A stretch of 64,000 bases of DNA, taken from Antedon mediterranea. Lineage: Eukaryota; Animalia; Echinodermata. Location of the stretch: positions 19,973,045-20,037,044 of the forward strand of contig NC_092680.1 in the NCBI RefSeq assembly GCF_964355755.1, written 5' to 3'. This document shows, one piece after another, positions 48,401-61,968 of the stretch (position 1 is the stretch's first letter; the number at the start of each line of letters is the position of its first letter). The notes below the pieces were generated by a model. It was not told where the DNA came from. It was given only the letters and a program-made list of their open reading frames with translations, and did not search any database. Both the position numbers and the translations under genes were made by a program.

Positions 48401-51400
48401 CTTTTTACATAAAATTTAAAAAATGACGTCATGATCAATAAGAACAATAACATCGTTGTATTATAGGTACGTTATTATTGCTATTACCGATTATGACGTC
48501 ATTTGATTGGACATGAGAAATATTATTTTCATCAAATACAGCATAAACGGTTATTCTGGGCCTACAGACTAGGACTAGGACAAAATAGCCTTTTTTTACA
48601 TAAAATAAAAAAAAAATGACGTCATGATCAATACCACTACCTAGCCTAGACCTAGGACATCCTATTAAGGATATTATGATGAATTTTTTAGGCTATTTAG
48701 GCTATCGCTCTCTGTAGAGCGGTAGCTTTGCGCACTTATTATTTGTCATACGTCAGGGCAGGTATACGGCTGTACAGTGGTATCATAGAATATCTGCCCT
48801 GAAGGATGACAGATAATAAATATATTATTTGTCATCCGTCAGGGCAGGTTTTGTATGATTCCACTGTACATAGCCCTATACCTGCCCTGACGTATGCCAA
48901 ATAAGACATTTATTATTTGTCATCCTTCAGAGCAGGTTTTGTATGATTCCACTGTACATAGCCCTATACCTGCCCTGACGTATGACAATGGCCTACAGAA
49001 TGAAAAATCTTCTAATTTATTTTGTTTTATGTTTTTATCGTCTATCGTTATCGTCCTAGTGTAAATGGATCTTAGAGTAATTTAAAATTCAATCGTTTTC
49101 ATTTAGGCCTTTCTCTCTTCCATCTACTCTCAACCATTCTTATAAGAGTTATTGATCTCTAACTGTTCCTCAATCCACTGTACGACACCGATGTATCAGA
49201 TTAATCTCTGCCCGTACGTACAATAGAGACTTTATACCGAAAAGATTAAAATTATAAGGCTATGTTTTCTTTAAAATAGTTAGAGAACACGTTATTGACA
49301 TTGATTTACTTACTATTTTGCTATTTAATTACAGTATGCCGGTACACCATTGCATAGGTGTCTCGGATCACCGACTTTAACTTACAAGCAACATCATGAT
49401 ACTTCCATCTGCCTGATGACGTATGGAGCATCGTGTTCAATTATAAATAAACTGGTAATCATCAATATTATATAATGATAATAATTAATGATTAGTTTGA
49501 TTTAATTTAATGATTACAGTAGATTGCACAATTCAAATGTTGTTGTAAAACAGTAGCTAGACTTCAAATTGGGTACAAACGGTACAGTATGATGAGGGTG
49601 AAAGTCATTAACATGAGATTTACAGATAGAAACATTTCAAATAAAATCACACAGTGATGTAATATAACATGTTTCTCCGTTAACATTAACATCCGATTAT
49701 TAAAAATAATGGTTTCTGTCAAACTTTATTCGAACATTACGCTTTTGGATCAGAGGCATACGCTTATGAAACATTAACAATACAGTTATTTAATAGATAA
49801 AGTTAGTATTGCAGCCAAAAATACTTAAATCAAAGTGGGGAATTGTTAAAGACTATCAAATATTAAAACTATTAGAAAAAGTATTTATTATAATGTAGAT
49901 AAAATAAATAAACAATATACTTAAAGTTGTTAATTTACGTGATGGGCGGTCACTCTTAGTACAGTAGTTAAGTATTGTTTACAAGGAAATAATATAAAAG
50001 GTCATCAAGTAGTACATGAACGTTGATTTTCAATATTACCATTAGAAAAATGTTCCCAAAAAGTATCGTACCAAAAATACATTTACCTGAATTAAAAAGT
50101 CTTTTATAGTAGTACGTTTTGCACATTCATATAAAAAGTGGTCTCTATTTTCTACTTTATGATTTTTACATAATTTGCAAACTGTGTATTCTTCGACCAT
50201 GTATTCATTGAATTGGAATCGGCCTTATAATTATAAGTATTAGCCTACTGTATGCTATTAGTTAACACTATTTGGTGTTTAACTATTATCAGTAGACTAG
50301 CCCTACAATGAATAATTCATTTTATATGATTGATTACTTTGATTGATTACGAAATATTTGTGTAAACATGTTTGCATTTATTATTTGTTTAGTATAACAA
50401 AACACCGATTGATCTGTATAATGAAAATAAGTGTTCAGGGTATGATAAAAAAAATAAAAAGGAAAAGAAACGAGAGCTCATACAACTGATAGAAGGCAAG
50501 TAGATTTTTTAAACCTGACATTGTTATGTATTGTTAATTTATTGTTAGAAAATATAAAGTAGGTGTGTGAATAAATGAGGTTCAATGAAACGTAAAAATC
50601 GTAACTGTCCATGATAGGTTTGTTATTATCTATTAAACCGATGGTAACTCAAATCTTGTTGGATAAAAATAAACAGAAATTCTTCTAAGCTTCTGAACAG
50701 ACAAAAGGGCAACTTATTTTATTGACCATGTGACTATAAAGATTCACTGAATCATGAAAAACTAAAAGATTAGGTGGTTTATCAATGTAGTATTGTGACA
50801 TTTTGCTGGAAACAGTTTACTAAACTGATATGAAAAGTATAACGACGTGCTTGAGGCATTTACTTATTAGTGAATATTCTTTCTATGTTTTAGCTTGATT
50901 AGCTTTAGCATGAATAAAAAACGCATCCTAATAAAATAAACATTTGCTATAAAATTGCGTCTTACATGGTAATCATACCACTGGTCTAAATACTTACAGT
51001 CTGAAAAATTCATTTAAAATAACAGTTTGTTATTTCCAGAAAAAAAAACTTTCACTTTGATAATATAAAGGCATGGTACCAATAATTTATTATCCATATT
51101 TGTGTCTTAGAGTTTTCAATTCCAGCTGAAATAATAGCTAGAGGTAAGGAAGCAACTGCAGTTTTCAAAGAGGCTCTAGAAAATGGTACAGTTACAATAG
51201 TCAATTCAAGAAGTATGTTCCTTGGGAAAGAAGGAGCTGGCAAAACAAGTTGCGTGAAAGCTATTCTTGGAAAAAGGTATGTTTGTTTATGATAATATGT
51301 AGATTATTCTACTGAATAGGTAAAATTTTAATTCAGAATTTATTGCGTAGAGAATTGAATTGAATTTTAATCCAAGGTCTAACATAAGATTAACACAATA

Positions 51401-54400
51401 TTTCCAATGTTGTATCATTATAATGTACACATTGTCGGTGGTCGTTAGATCTCAAGTCAGTAATTTTAGTGAATTGAGTGTAAGAAAATTCGAGGAATCC
51501 TATACTTAAAGTTCATGTTTCATAGTGTAGAGATGTACCAAAAACGTCTCCAAATAGCAGTTTGATGAAGCTTTGCCTAGTAAAGCACACAGTCAACATG
51601 CTTCGACACAGTTAATTTCAATAATATTTACGTAACCATTATGACTGTTTATTACTGTCTATTAACGTTTAGATTCGATCCGAAAGAACAGTTTACCAAC
51701 GGAATAGTTGTCGCAAACACACTGGTTGAAGCGTCAGGGGACGATTACCAAAAGTGGCAGGAACACAATATTGACGGTATTGAAAAAGTATAGTGTTATT
51801 GTAAAACAAAGCTTCTTGGTTGGTTATTTTCAAAATTAGTTATTTATTGGGAACTAGAACTAATGAACAGATTTATACAAAATGATTCATTACTACTATA
51901 GTATGACCTATTGCATCGATGGAAGATCGCAACAATGTTTATGCCGACCATTATCAGAATGTTGGTAGCTTTAAAATACTATATACAGAAAAAACACATA
52001 CATGTTTCGGTATAAAGTAGTCATATCTCCTTCAGTGTGTGGAATTAATGGTACAAAAACAAATATTTACCGATTAGCACCTAATTAGCATATAAACCTG
52101 TTTGTTGGAAGAAGGGTTATCTATAATGCCTCCTTGATATTACGTTGTTGTAATGTAACGTTATTATGTATTTTATAGTAATTAAATTATCGAATGAGAT
52201 TCGAGAAGAAGCAGTGACAGACTATGTAGCAAAACAATTACTACAGAGACAAACTAGCACGACTTCGACATCATCCATCGAATCTGATCAGATCGAGATA
52301 CCGGCTGAAGTTATGGTACTTTTTTTCTTCTACTACAAAGTATTAGAGTATTAATAATAATTAGACGAAATTTTAACTTATTTTTCTGATTATTCATAGG
52401 ATGATTTAAAAGAAGAGAAGGAATTGAATCTAGAGGAAAAGGGTATAATTATTATTGTCCGTTTTATATTTTTATTACGATCACATTTATCATCATTATC
52501 GTTTGTATTTTTAATGATGAAATAGAAATAAACAAATAATGTTGTATTTTTGTCTTAGATGACAGAGGAAATACACTGGCAAAGAAGTTTCCTGAACAAA
52601 TTCACAAATTAGTTGTTAATAAAATCAGTGATAAACTTGACACTACAGCAAACACCGGTGGGACAGTTGGTGTGCTTGGTAAAGTAAAATTGTGGGCATC
52701 CGGAGACAAGCAGCAGACATCGAGCCGAACTACTAAACCTCAGAATATTAGTAGCATTTGGGATTATGCAGGGCAGATGACATATTATATAACACACCGA
52801 GTGAGTAGCATACAATACATGGTCAAAGTTTTAACAATATTTAATCTTTTGTATGATTTATCTTTTAGGCATATAGATAACAAGTTTAGGTCGAAGGTAG
52901 AAGCGGGAGGTATCAGTGTTATTTGTGTGGTTTTCCGTTCAATTACTTTATTACAGTACACTTTACTCCGTTTAGTTGTTCCTGACAGGAGGCGTTACGT
53001 ACATCGTAGTGTTCAGTGCAGTAGATGGACTCCATGAGATGGTAAAAATAAGGGATGTAAATGAAAGTACAAACAAGAAGAAAGCTCCAAAAGATTGTGT
53101 AAATTTATATATTATGAATTGTTTTCTTTTGAATTATAAGGGAAAGTTGTTACTCCAAGCCATTGTGCCCCAGTTAGTCGGTTGACATTACCTTATCAAG
53201 CCGAAGTTTCCTCTTCTTACCGTTTCAAAAGTAATTAAAAATTAATTTGCGGTAATATATGACTGGATGTTTAGAATGTCTTGTGCCTGTAAATGATAGT
53301 TATTGTACAGTTATTTATTGTTTTCAGGGCTTTTTGAGAATGACGAATTTGGGAATGACTGTTTTCTGGATAAGGTCCATTTATGAATACGCCGTGGTGC
53401 GATATAGGCCTAGCATGGAGAGAAGATTAAACGGTGTAGTTTTACCGCCCATTATACTAGTCGGTACTCACAAAGACAAAGTTAAAGGAAGAAACGAAGC
53501 TGAGAAAATTGCCAAGGTAAGTGACGTAAGTGACGTAAGCTTGATAACATTTATTTAAAAGATAAGTTATGTATATTTAGATTTGATAGGATTAGCTTTT
53601 TTACCTTCACTTTCTCTACCCTAAAAGAGAGATGAATGAAAACAATAAGAATACGAGAATACTATTAAAAAATCACCAAAATATAATGCCGGTTTGAAAT
53701 ACATTTTAAGATTAGAAATACATTTTACACCAATGGATGCAATATATTTTAAGAATCAACGCTGTAATGAATTTTAATTCACAACATATTAATATTTCTA
53801 TCAATAACATATTTAATAATGGTGCCATCAATATGAAGAAACTGTATTCTCTCATCGACTATATTGGACTTATAGTATAATAATACATTGTACTCTCTAT
53901 GTGAATACATGTTTAATTATGTTTGATATTACAGATTGAGGCTATGGGTCAAGAAATACTTGAAGCTATCAAAGACACACCATACGAAAAACACGTAGAT
54001 CCTGAGATATACATGGTAGATAGCAAATCTCGTAGAGGAATTGAGAAACTCAAAAAAAGAATTGGAGTTTTCATGAATGGGATGAGAAGAAAGATTCCAA
54101 TCAAGTGGGTTGATTTACAGACCAAGATACAAGAACTTGCTAAAACAAAGCTGTTGTTGTCCTTAAATGAGGTAAATTGTAATTTAAAGTTAAATAATTG
54201 CAATGTTTTTCTTTCAATCAAAGATTTTAGTAATTTAATATCGGGAAAAATGTAGGCGTAATTACTGCTGATAAAAATAACCACTTTGAAGGAAAATATT
54301 ATTGTGACACTGAAAACAGATTCAAATTGTTTATATTTATGACCCGGAAGTGTGACAAATTATCTCCTTCACTTCTAAAAAAACGCGAATACAATTTAGG

Positions 54401-57400
54401 CCTACACAGTATATGCCGTTCATTCCTGTTACACAGTGGTCAACGCGCAACACGAGACGTATAGGCTGTTTAGTTGACTGCGCGTTCGAAAATCAATATG
54501 TAGGCCCTAGTTTATGTATCAAAAATCATTTATTGAAAGTGTTCTATTACCTCCTTCTTCTAGATAACCAAAATCGCAAATGAATCTGAAATTGCTGATG
54601 CAGAACTGACTATGGCTTTGGACTACCTGAATGACACAGGGAATATTCTGTACTCTAAGAATGAAGAGAAATTAAAGCATGTAGTGCTAATCAATTTACA
54701 AACGATGGTTGAAATGGTGACAGAAATCTTCACTGACAAAATACCAGAAGGCATCGGCGAAAAGGTAAGTTGACATCTTGCCCACCTTGATTAGAATGAG
54801 ATGTGATACATAAACTAATGGAATTATCATAATTCGAACATTAAAAAGCATTTTTTATTATTTTGACATCTCTGTTACTGCCTAACTTCTTCTGAAAAAG
54901 TATGTTATAAATAAAGTGATTGTTTGGCATAAACACGAATCCAAAAAATAGTAGCTGTGATCAAAATAAAATGAATTAATGCTAGTATGTACTGTATGTA
55001 TATTACAGGCAATTGATACATGTGTTTTTATGATTCATAGTTGTCTATTAATTTGTGTAGTGTATGTCGTTTTTTATAGTGGTCTAGATTAAATCAATTA
55101 TGGGAAAGATTTAATGTCGAGGGAATTCTGGAAGAGGAATTAGTACGTCATTTATGGCGGAAACTGATTGAATTAGATGAAAGCTACTTGGATATCTTCT
55201 TAGATATATTGAAGATGTTTCAACTTGTATTTGAAACGCAAACTGTGACGGTGAGCCTTTGTTGCTTCTTAACTATTTATGAATTTACACTGGGAGGTTA
55301 TAAATAAAACATGAACAAAGTAAATAGCCAGTTTAAATTGCTTTCAATATGGACATATATGACATTCTGCCATTTATACAACATTTTGGTCATATAAATT
55401 ATCTTGCAATAGGCCTCAATGGCGGGAAGCAACCGGAGGCAAATTGTTTTATTCAATAATAAGTAGTATAACAAAATCTCTTTTATAGGAAGAGGAACGA
55501 GAAAATGACAGTGACCGAGTGTTCCTGGTTCCTTCTCGGATACAAATTAAAGACGATGCATTGGAAGTAAAGGAAGATTCGAGTAACATGGTGTCGATCT
55601 ATTTGACTACCCCCACACCTATGGACTTTCTTCCTGACGCCGTCTACCACATGTTGATTGTTGAGTTCTTACACCTCTCAAAGACTAAAGGACGGAGAAG
55701 TGATGATTTCCAATTATACCAAAATCGTAGTGATTTTGGATTTGATAATCACGTTGTCAGTTTTGGTGCCGTTGAACATAAAGAGGATAACAAGCAAAGA
55801 AAACGAGAAGTTAACGCGTTGAAGGTGCGTATTTATTTTAGTTAGTAGGCCTAAAGTCAGTAGGCCTAAAGTCATTCGTTACAAGTATAATATATACTTA
55901 GGCCTACTGTATATTATCAGGAAATAGTGAGATCATGTGTAATGTCATACTTTTCTGGTATCATATAGCCTGATATGTATCGTCCTAATGGATTTAATCA
56001 CTAGGTTTTAAGATATAACAACACACACTGATACAATGTTTATCTGATTCTTAATGTAAAACATTCCCACTCACACCAACGTTCTAAGTCAAAATCTGAG
56101 CACATCGTTCACATTAGTCCTATACGTACAGAAAATGTTTCTATTATCCTACCTTGTACGCTAGGCCTCAGTTTAACATTATTGCCTTGTTAATGTTACA
56201 ATAGTAGGCCTCCCTTTGAGAGTACTGGAGTTGTGTACCAACATAAACGTTGTTTTTAATGCACACAAACAGCAATCATTTGCAAATTATGTGATGTAGT
56301 GTAGCTAGTGGTTAACGTACTTGCCTTCCACTCCCAATGTCCACACATACAAACTACTGTAAATCGTGTAAGATGTTAGCAGTCAGAATTTGAACCTATT
56401 TGATCCTATTGGCAAGCATGTTAGCAATCAAGTGACAGTGCCAATTGTTAACACTATACCTCGTTAGTTTGCACTCCTCGAATGTACCGCAGTTTAACAT
56501 ATTGCCTTGTTACTGTTACAAAAGTAGGCCTACCTATGAGAGAGTAATGGAGTCCAGTATTATTTATCTCTTCTGACCATTTGTTTATGTTAGTAAATCA
56601 CATTTATAATAAAGAAAATTCCATAATTTATTCATTTAAAACAAACTATTTATGTATAATTTCTTTCGTATAACTACGAACATTTAGGAACTTTCTAATT
56701 TATAAATATAGCAAATTTTAAACGTCAATAATAACAACAATAATTCATGATGATTGACTATTGTGTTTTTCAACAGTTTCAAATAACACGCAGAGATGAA
56801 ATTAGCAAAGATGAGAGAGGTATTACCAGGCTGATAGATAGCCCACAACCAGCTTTTTGCAAAGAGGTAAGGCAAGCCAAACCTACATCGTTCAATGTAT
56901 GATGATGTACATGATGTTGACCTAATTAAGATTGAAATCTATATATAAATTTACGTAAGGGCAAAATTCGGTAAATCGCGCCTTACTTTTAGAATTTTTA
57001 CTCGATGGTATATAAAGTTGGTTCGTACTTTCCGTACTGATTTTAACCACCTGATGTAACCCTGTTTACTAATTAAATTAAGTTAGATAATTAGTTATTG
57101 ACGATTAAAACAAATTTAGGTTCAACGATTTGCCCCAAATAGGGGTGTTTTCCGATCGTGGTATACACTGTCTAATGGATGTCCATCTTGAAAAATACCC
57201 GCCACAAAAATGCGAGGAGGCTTCGCATTTTCCTATCTCCTCCTACGATAATTGTTTTTAATAGCTGAAAACCGGTTGAACAGCTCGAGTACAGTATCAT
57301 AATGTTGAAGACAGGCCGATTTTCTTAAAAAAATACTATTTTGATAGATTTAATATACGTTTATGCAAATGTATTGATTTGAAATGAATGGAACATTCCA

Positions 57401-59347
57401 ATCTCTCAGTCTGCCTTGGTCACAAGTAGGTAAATTTATGAGCCCTTGGAGAATAAACTTGCAATACTTTGACAATACAGTACTGCAAATACCTATTAAC
57501 CATTTTTGGTCGTCATTTGAATCGAACATTTCTTACTGTGAATACTGTTATAAGATGTAAAAAAATATATACAAACATTTCTTACTGTGAATACTGTTAG
57601 ATGTAAAAAAAATATATACAAATAAACTTTATTACTGTGATTATGGGTAGGCTCTACTGTTAGATATATAAACACGTAATATACAAATAAACTTTATACT
57701 GACAGTTGCTTCTCAACGTTTGCATTAATTAATAATTACAAAAAATATAAACGTCGTAGTGGTGTATCGTTACATGTACTTTACTATTTCAATCGACTAT
57801 GACAGTGACAGTTTTAACAAAGTATTAAATCGCAAATGTTTTACTATATTTAGTCACCGTTAGTGGTATATTATTTATAGGCCTATAAAAAATGAAAACA
57901 ATATTTCGTTAGAGACGTGGATAAAGAATATATTTAAAAATTGTTCCTCTTTGTACCTATCCTCTTTCCCATCCCTCAACCCTAATTGGGTTTCTTTAAA
58001 TAAATAAACAATTTGGACTCATTTTGTGGTAAGTTTCTCTTTCGGAAGTAATTCCCAGGGTGCTAATTTTGGTTGACTACATAAATCATTGTGTCTACTT
58101 ATTCGTTTCTGTAAACGACAATCCTGCGGTACGTGCATTTAAAATCGCCAGATTTTTTACCCTGAAATTACTGTGTATTCGAAAACCATCTGTGGGCACG
58201 ACCTAGATGGTACGCGAGCGAAGCGAGCGTATCATCTAGTTGAAATAATTTGTCATATTTCACACTATGAGAAATAGAAATTCTTAAATGATACACAACA
58301 TCGGTAAAACAAATAAACATTCATATTATCACGTAGGTTTTAGACTTTCTACTGAAGCATTTGGAGTCCAAGTGTACAGTCGGCTACAAACTGTCCGTAC
58401 TCTGCATAGCGTGTGAATCTTCCAAGCTACATTTCCATGATCTACAACGATGCTTAGACAACCCAACTGTTCCATGTGGAAAAATCGCAATGGTTACTGA
58501 AGGCTTCAGAAAACTGTTTTTAACAGGTGAATATAAAAAAAATGTACAATTATTTTGGCTTTTTATGTAACGAATTTTACTGTACGTCTACCTTATGTAA
58601 TATTAATGCCTATATTGAATGGAACATTATTTTTTAGGTACAAAACGGCCCCGCGCAGAACCAATTAAACAATCGAGTCAAAGCCCAGGTAACTTACAAT
58701 GACTTTTTTAATAATAAAAAATTAGCCATTCGGCTTATAAACAACTTAATAAATGTATGTATTTATACAATACAGGATCATTCGAAACAGAATTTCAGCA
58801 AATGCTGGTAAATACGTCAGACTGGTATGATGAATACGGTTCACTTGACCAGCTGAAGATGTTGTGCAAAGACCTGATAAGACCTTTCAATGATCTACAG
58901 AAGGCTAAATGCACAATGGAGGTGTTTAAGTTAATGCAATCCGCCGGTTATCTTACTGCTACTAACTTTGAAGTTCTCATCGACGTAATCAATGTCACTG
59001 GTAAACAGGGTGTTCTGGAGGAAAACAAACTGCTGAAGGACACTTACGAAAAAGCCGACGATCAGGTAAAATCGTTCACATCGTATCGACAAAAACTGAT
59101 TAAGTTCGGTAACAAACTTTCAGAAGGCAATGTAACAACACTGGTTAACCTAGAGAAGATTTCTAAGAAATACAGCGGCAATCAGTGGACTGTGATATTG
59201 GATCTTGAACAAAGGGGTATTCTAAATATACACAAATTGGAACCATTTATCGAAATGTTGAAAGAGAAAGAGTTAACATTAGCCGCTGAAGAATTAGAAG
59301 ATAGTGACGAGTGTTGCGGGAATACAACATGGTTTACCGGTACCTAA
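45478..59347 (+). CDS. Roco-family GTPase paralog B (ankyrin repeats-Roc-COR-tandem DED, no kinase), ~1135 aa; 21 exons: 45478-45500, 46316-46412, 47644-47757, 48056-48154, 49335-49454, 50393-50495, 51111-51276, 51673-51776, 52179-52315, 52400-52442, 52559-52800, 52976-53098, 53328-53516, 53935-54171, 54564-54764, 55080-55250, 55489-55824, 56777-56866, 58337-58526, 58638-58688, 58776-59347
   Basis: Exon-for-exon homolog of paralog A: GTPLH, MFLGKEGAGKTS, WDYAGQ, LVGTHKD, IPIKWVDL, FLVPS, LCIAC..HFHDLQRC, FTSYRQKLIKFG...VILDLEQRGIL. The model totals 3408 nt with no internal stop in the assembled frame. Confidence 0.85.
45529..45853. repeat. 16-bp minisatellite (CTTTCATTATGATCAC) x ~20 in the first coding intron of paralog B
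   Basis: Directly visible tandem units with scattered substitutions. Absent from the matching intron of paralog A. Confidence 0.95.
45871..46183 (-). mobile_element. tRNA-derived SINE
   Basis: Minus strand has A box TGGTCGAGTGG (~46172-46182), B box GGGTTCGAG (~46117-46125), a core shared with 9413-9495, and an AATAAA-rich tail at ~45871-45885. Confidence 0.7.
48740..48990. repeat. Foldback cluster of three ~80-bp self-palindromic units (one inverted, two direct)
   Basis: tttgtcat.cgtcagggcagg...cctgccctgacgtatgacaa repeated; the unit interior tgattccactgtaca is inverted in the first copy. Confidence 0.8.
56938..58239 (+). mobile_element. Non-autonomous Helitron-like element (1302 bp)
   Basis: Inserted between A and T with no TSD. 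5' end TCTATATATA; 3' end gcgagcgaagcgagcg...CTAG with hairpin ctagatggtacgc/gcgtatcatctag. Absent from the short equivalent intron of paralog A (35274-35438). Confidence 0.8.
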
Positions 59348-59599
59348 ATATAGGAAAGAGAAGAGTCGGTCTTACCAGATATGTTAGTACCAGGCTAGTT
59401 AAGGAATAATGTGTAGAATATACATCTAGCCTTATGACTTGGTTGCTGAATTACTGGCTTTAGTTTTCTGACTGCTCCGCTGGGCTGCTTTGTTTCACGA
59501 AGTCTCAATCCAATAATCAAAGGCAGATTTCACAAGGAATATTGGTACATCCCAGAGAGACAGCTTAAGCCCATTGTTATTTGCCACTTACCTCGAACA

Positions 59600-59880
59600 T
59601 GCCAAAACCTATCAACTCAGTATATCCTGATGACATTGATTTCATCTCTCGACATCAACTACCGCAGCATCTATGACATAGAACGGCTTTTCACTAAATT
59701 GAATCTTGTTGTCAACAAAGATAAAAACCAAATTCACCTGTATCAGGAAACAGACTGCAGAGTCCGAACAAGAATGGAGGCAGGAAAAGAAAGTTGGCTC
59801 GTTGATTGGGAACAAAGAGGATAAGAAGCTTTCTCCAGCAGCCTTCAGAAAACTAAACAAAGTAATGGTCAAGTAATAAA
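59600..59880 (+). pseudogene. Possible decayed extra DED-coding segment downstream of the paralog B stop
   Basis: GC-richer patch with ttcacctgtatcaggaaacagactg (cf. ttcacacggtatcgccaaaagctg) and DWEQRG* (cf. DLEQRG). Weak, judged by eye. Confidence 0.35.
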
Positions 59881-60019
59881 AAGGTTAAGAAAAAATAAAA
59901 TCTGTATCTCTACAACTTTCTCTCGTGAAACCGATCTTACTCTATAACTGGGAAGTGAGGTCTAACTAAGATTGATGTAACAAAGAACACTTTCCACAGT
60001 CAATTTATTCTATAATTTA

Positions 60020-60850
60020 ATCATGTTCATTTTGCATATAATTATGTACTGTACTATTCATTGATATTAGTAGTAACTTTGATTAAGAAATATAATTATT
60101 ACAATGTAAATTACTAATGTTTGATACAACATTTAGTGGTGAGTAAGGTTTATCGTTAAAGGTAATACGGTGGTATGTTAGTTTATATATTAATTTTTTT
60201 ATTTCAATTAATTGATTTACAATGTTTCCTTTGCATAAATAGTATAATCATCGATACATTGGCTTGCTCAGCATGTTGGTAATTGGTCATTTAAATTGTG
60301 TTGTTAATGGTAGTGGGATACTATGTGCATAGTATATTAGCTTATTTTCTTGACTATACATTTTTCCATGTTCATTTTGCATAAATATATAATATTCAGT
60401 AATATTAGTAGTAAGTTTGATTAAAAAATGTATGACAATGTAATTACTATGCTTTGATACAAAATGTTGATAATGGATAATTTAAGGTTTGTCGTTAAAG
60501 GTAATGTGGTGGTATATTGTTGTTTTACTATATTTTTCATTTACCATGTTTCTTTGCATATATTCATTGAAATTATATGTTGGTTTGATTTAGAAATGTA
60601 ATTACTATGCTTTGATACAAAATGTTGGTAATGGATAATTTAAGTGGGTTTGATTTAGAAATGTATGACAATGTAATAATTGCTTGGTTTGATTCAGCAT
60701 GTCGGTGTTGGGCCATTTAAGGTAAAGCGTACTATATATCTGGTGAATTAGTTTATTTTCGTGACTATATTTTTCATTTTAATTAGTTATTTTACCATGT
60801 TCATTTGCATAAATTGACATTATGTTAGTTTGATTTAGAAATTAGTTGTG
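60020..60850. repeat. Diverged tandem repeats (~170-250-bp units) in the 3' flank of paralog B
   Basis: Recurrent catgttcattt(t)gcata, ttgatt(t)agaaat, aatgtaattactatgctttgatacaa and aaggttt.tcgttaaaggtaat blocks. Related sequence occurs at ~38020-38210 after paralog A. Confidence 0.7.
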
Positions 60851-61968
60851 ATTTATTTAGTGATTGATCAGCTTTGTGTTTAAGGTAACGTATGTAGACC
60901 TCCGTAATTGTATATATTGTCTTTATTATACTTGTTATTTTAACATATTCATTTTGAATAAAATATATATTGGAATGTATACACACTTGTTATCCATATT
61001 TTTGTTTCTTTTTAAAAAACTATTATAATGTATTAACATTACAGTTTGCATACTTTTGGAAAAGTGTGTATGTATTCTCTGTTACAATTAAGGTACAATG
61101 ATATTGATTACCTTACAGTACTTAATATAACAATGAATAAACTAGTAGTTTGTGTTTCTCTGTATACAGCAATTCATCTGCTATTCTTTCTTAACCCATA
61201 TAACGGAATTTATAAGTAAAAATGGTTCTATGCCATGACGTTAAATTCAGCACTATTTACCGAAATACTAAAACATGAAAAGCATACGTTTTAAACAGAG
61301 CAGGTTAATCTTCTGTTAAGGTAAATAGCAACAGTCCTACATTTGAATAATAAAATTAACCGGATATAGTATACATTTGCGTGAAGCTATTATGCTAAAA
61401 CCAAGTAATATAATACAAAACGCATAATTCATTACAATGGATACATAATAATAAAAAATTATATAATAATACTATATTTCAAATACTTCAGACAGCTGAG
61501 GCTTGCTATATATTTCCTATGTTTGTTGATTTATTATTGCTAAAGCTTATCATTGTGTATTATAACTTTATAAATCAGCTATCTACAGTTTTACACTTCC
61601 CAAGTAAATAAAATCAAATATAATATATGTTTTATCTGATTCGTACATTCGAGACTCATGATTCTGTCACATCGTACAACGTTCAGGGTTAAGATAATTC
61701 ATGATAAAGTGACCTCTACAGTGAATATTCTATTGGTGGGTCAACTAAATTTAAGGTAGTCGTCTCGGTCACAATGTTTTATTGTTCTTTTTGTTGTGTA
61801 GTTTCTTTGTAAACGGTAAAACAAACCAAAACCCCTAAAACCGACTAAACGATGTGATATATAATGCGAGGGTAAGAGTGTACATAACCAAAGTGTAGAT
61901 TTGTATTATTCTTGTTTCTATTGTAAGCATCAAGGTGGTACGTGAGAAAGGGAATGGGCTGGACTTTT

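Noticed and set aside
56290-56460. tRNA-like fragments (also ~10420-10480)
   Set aside because: Only partial A or B box similarity; probably eroded SINE heads, too weak to delimit.
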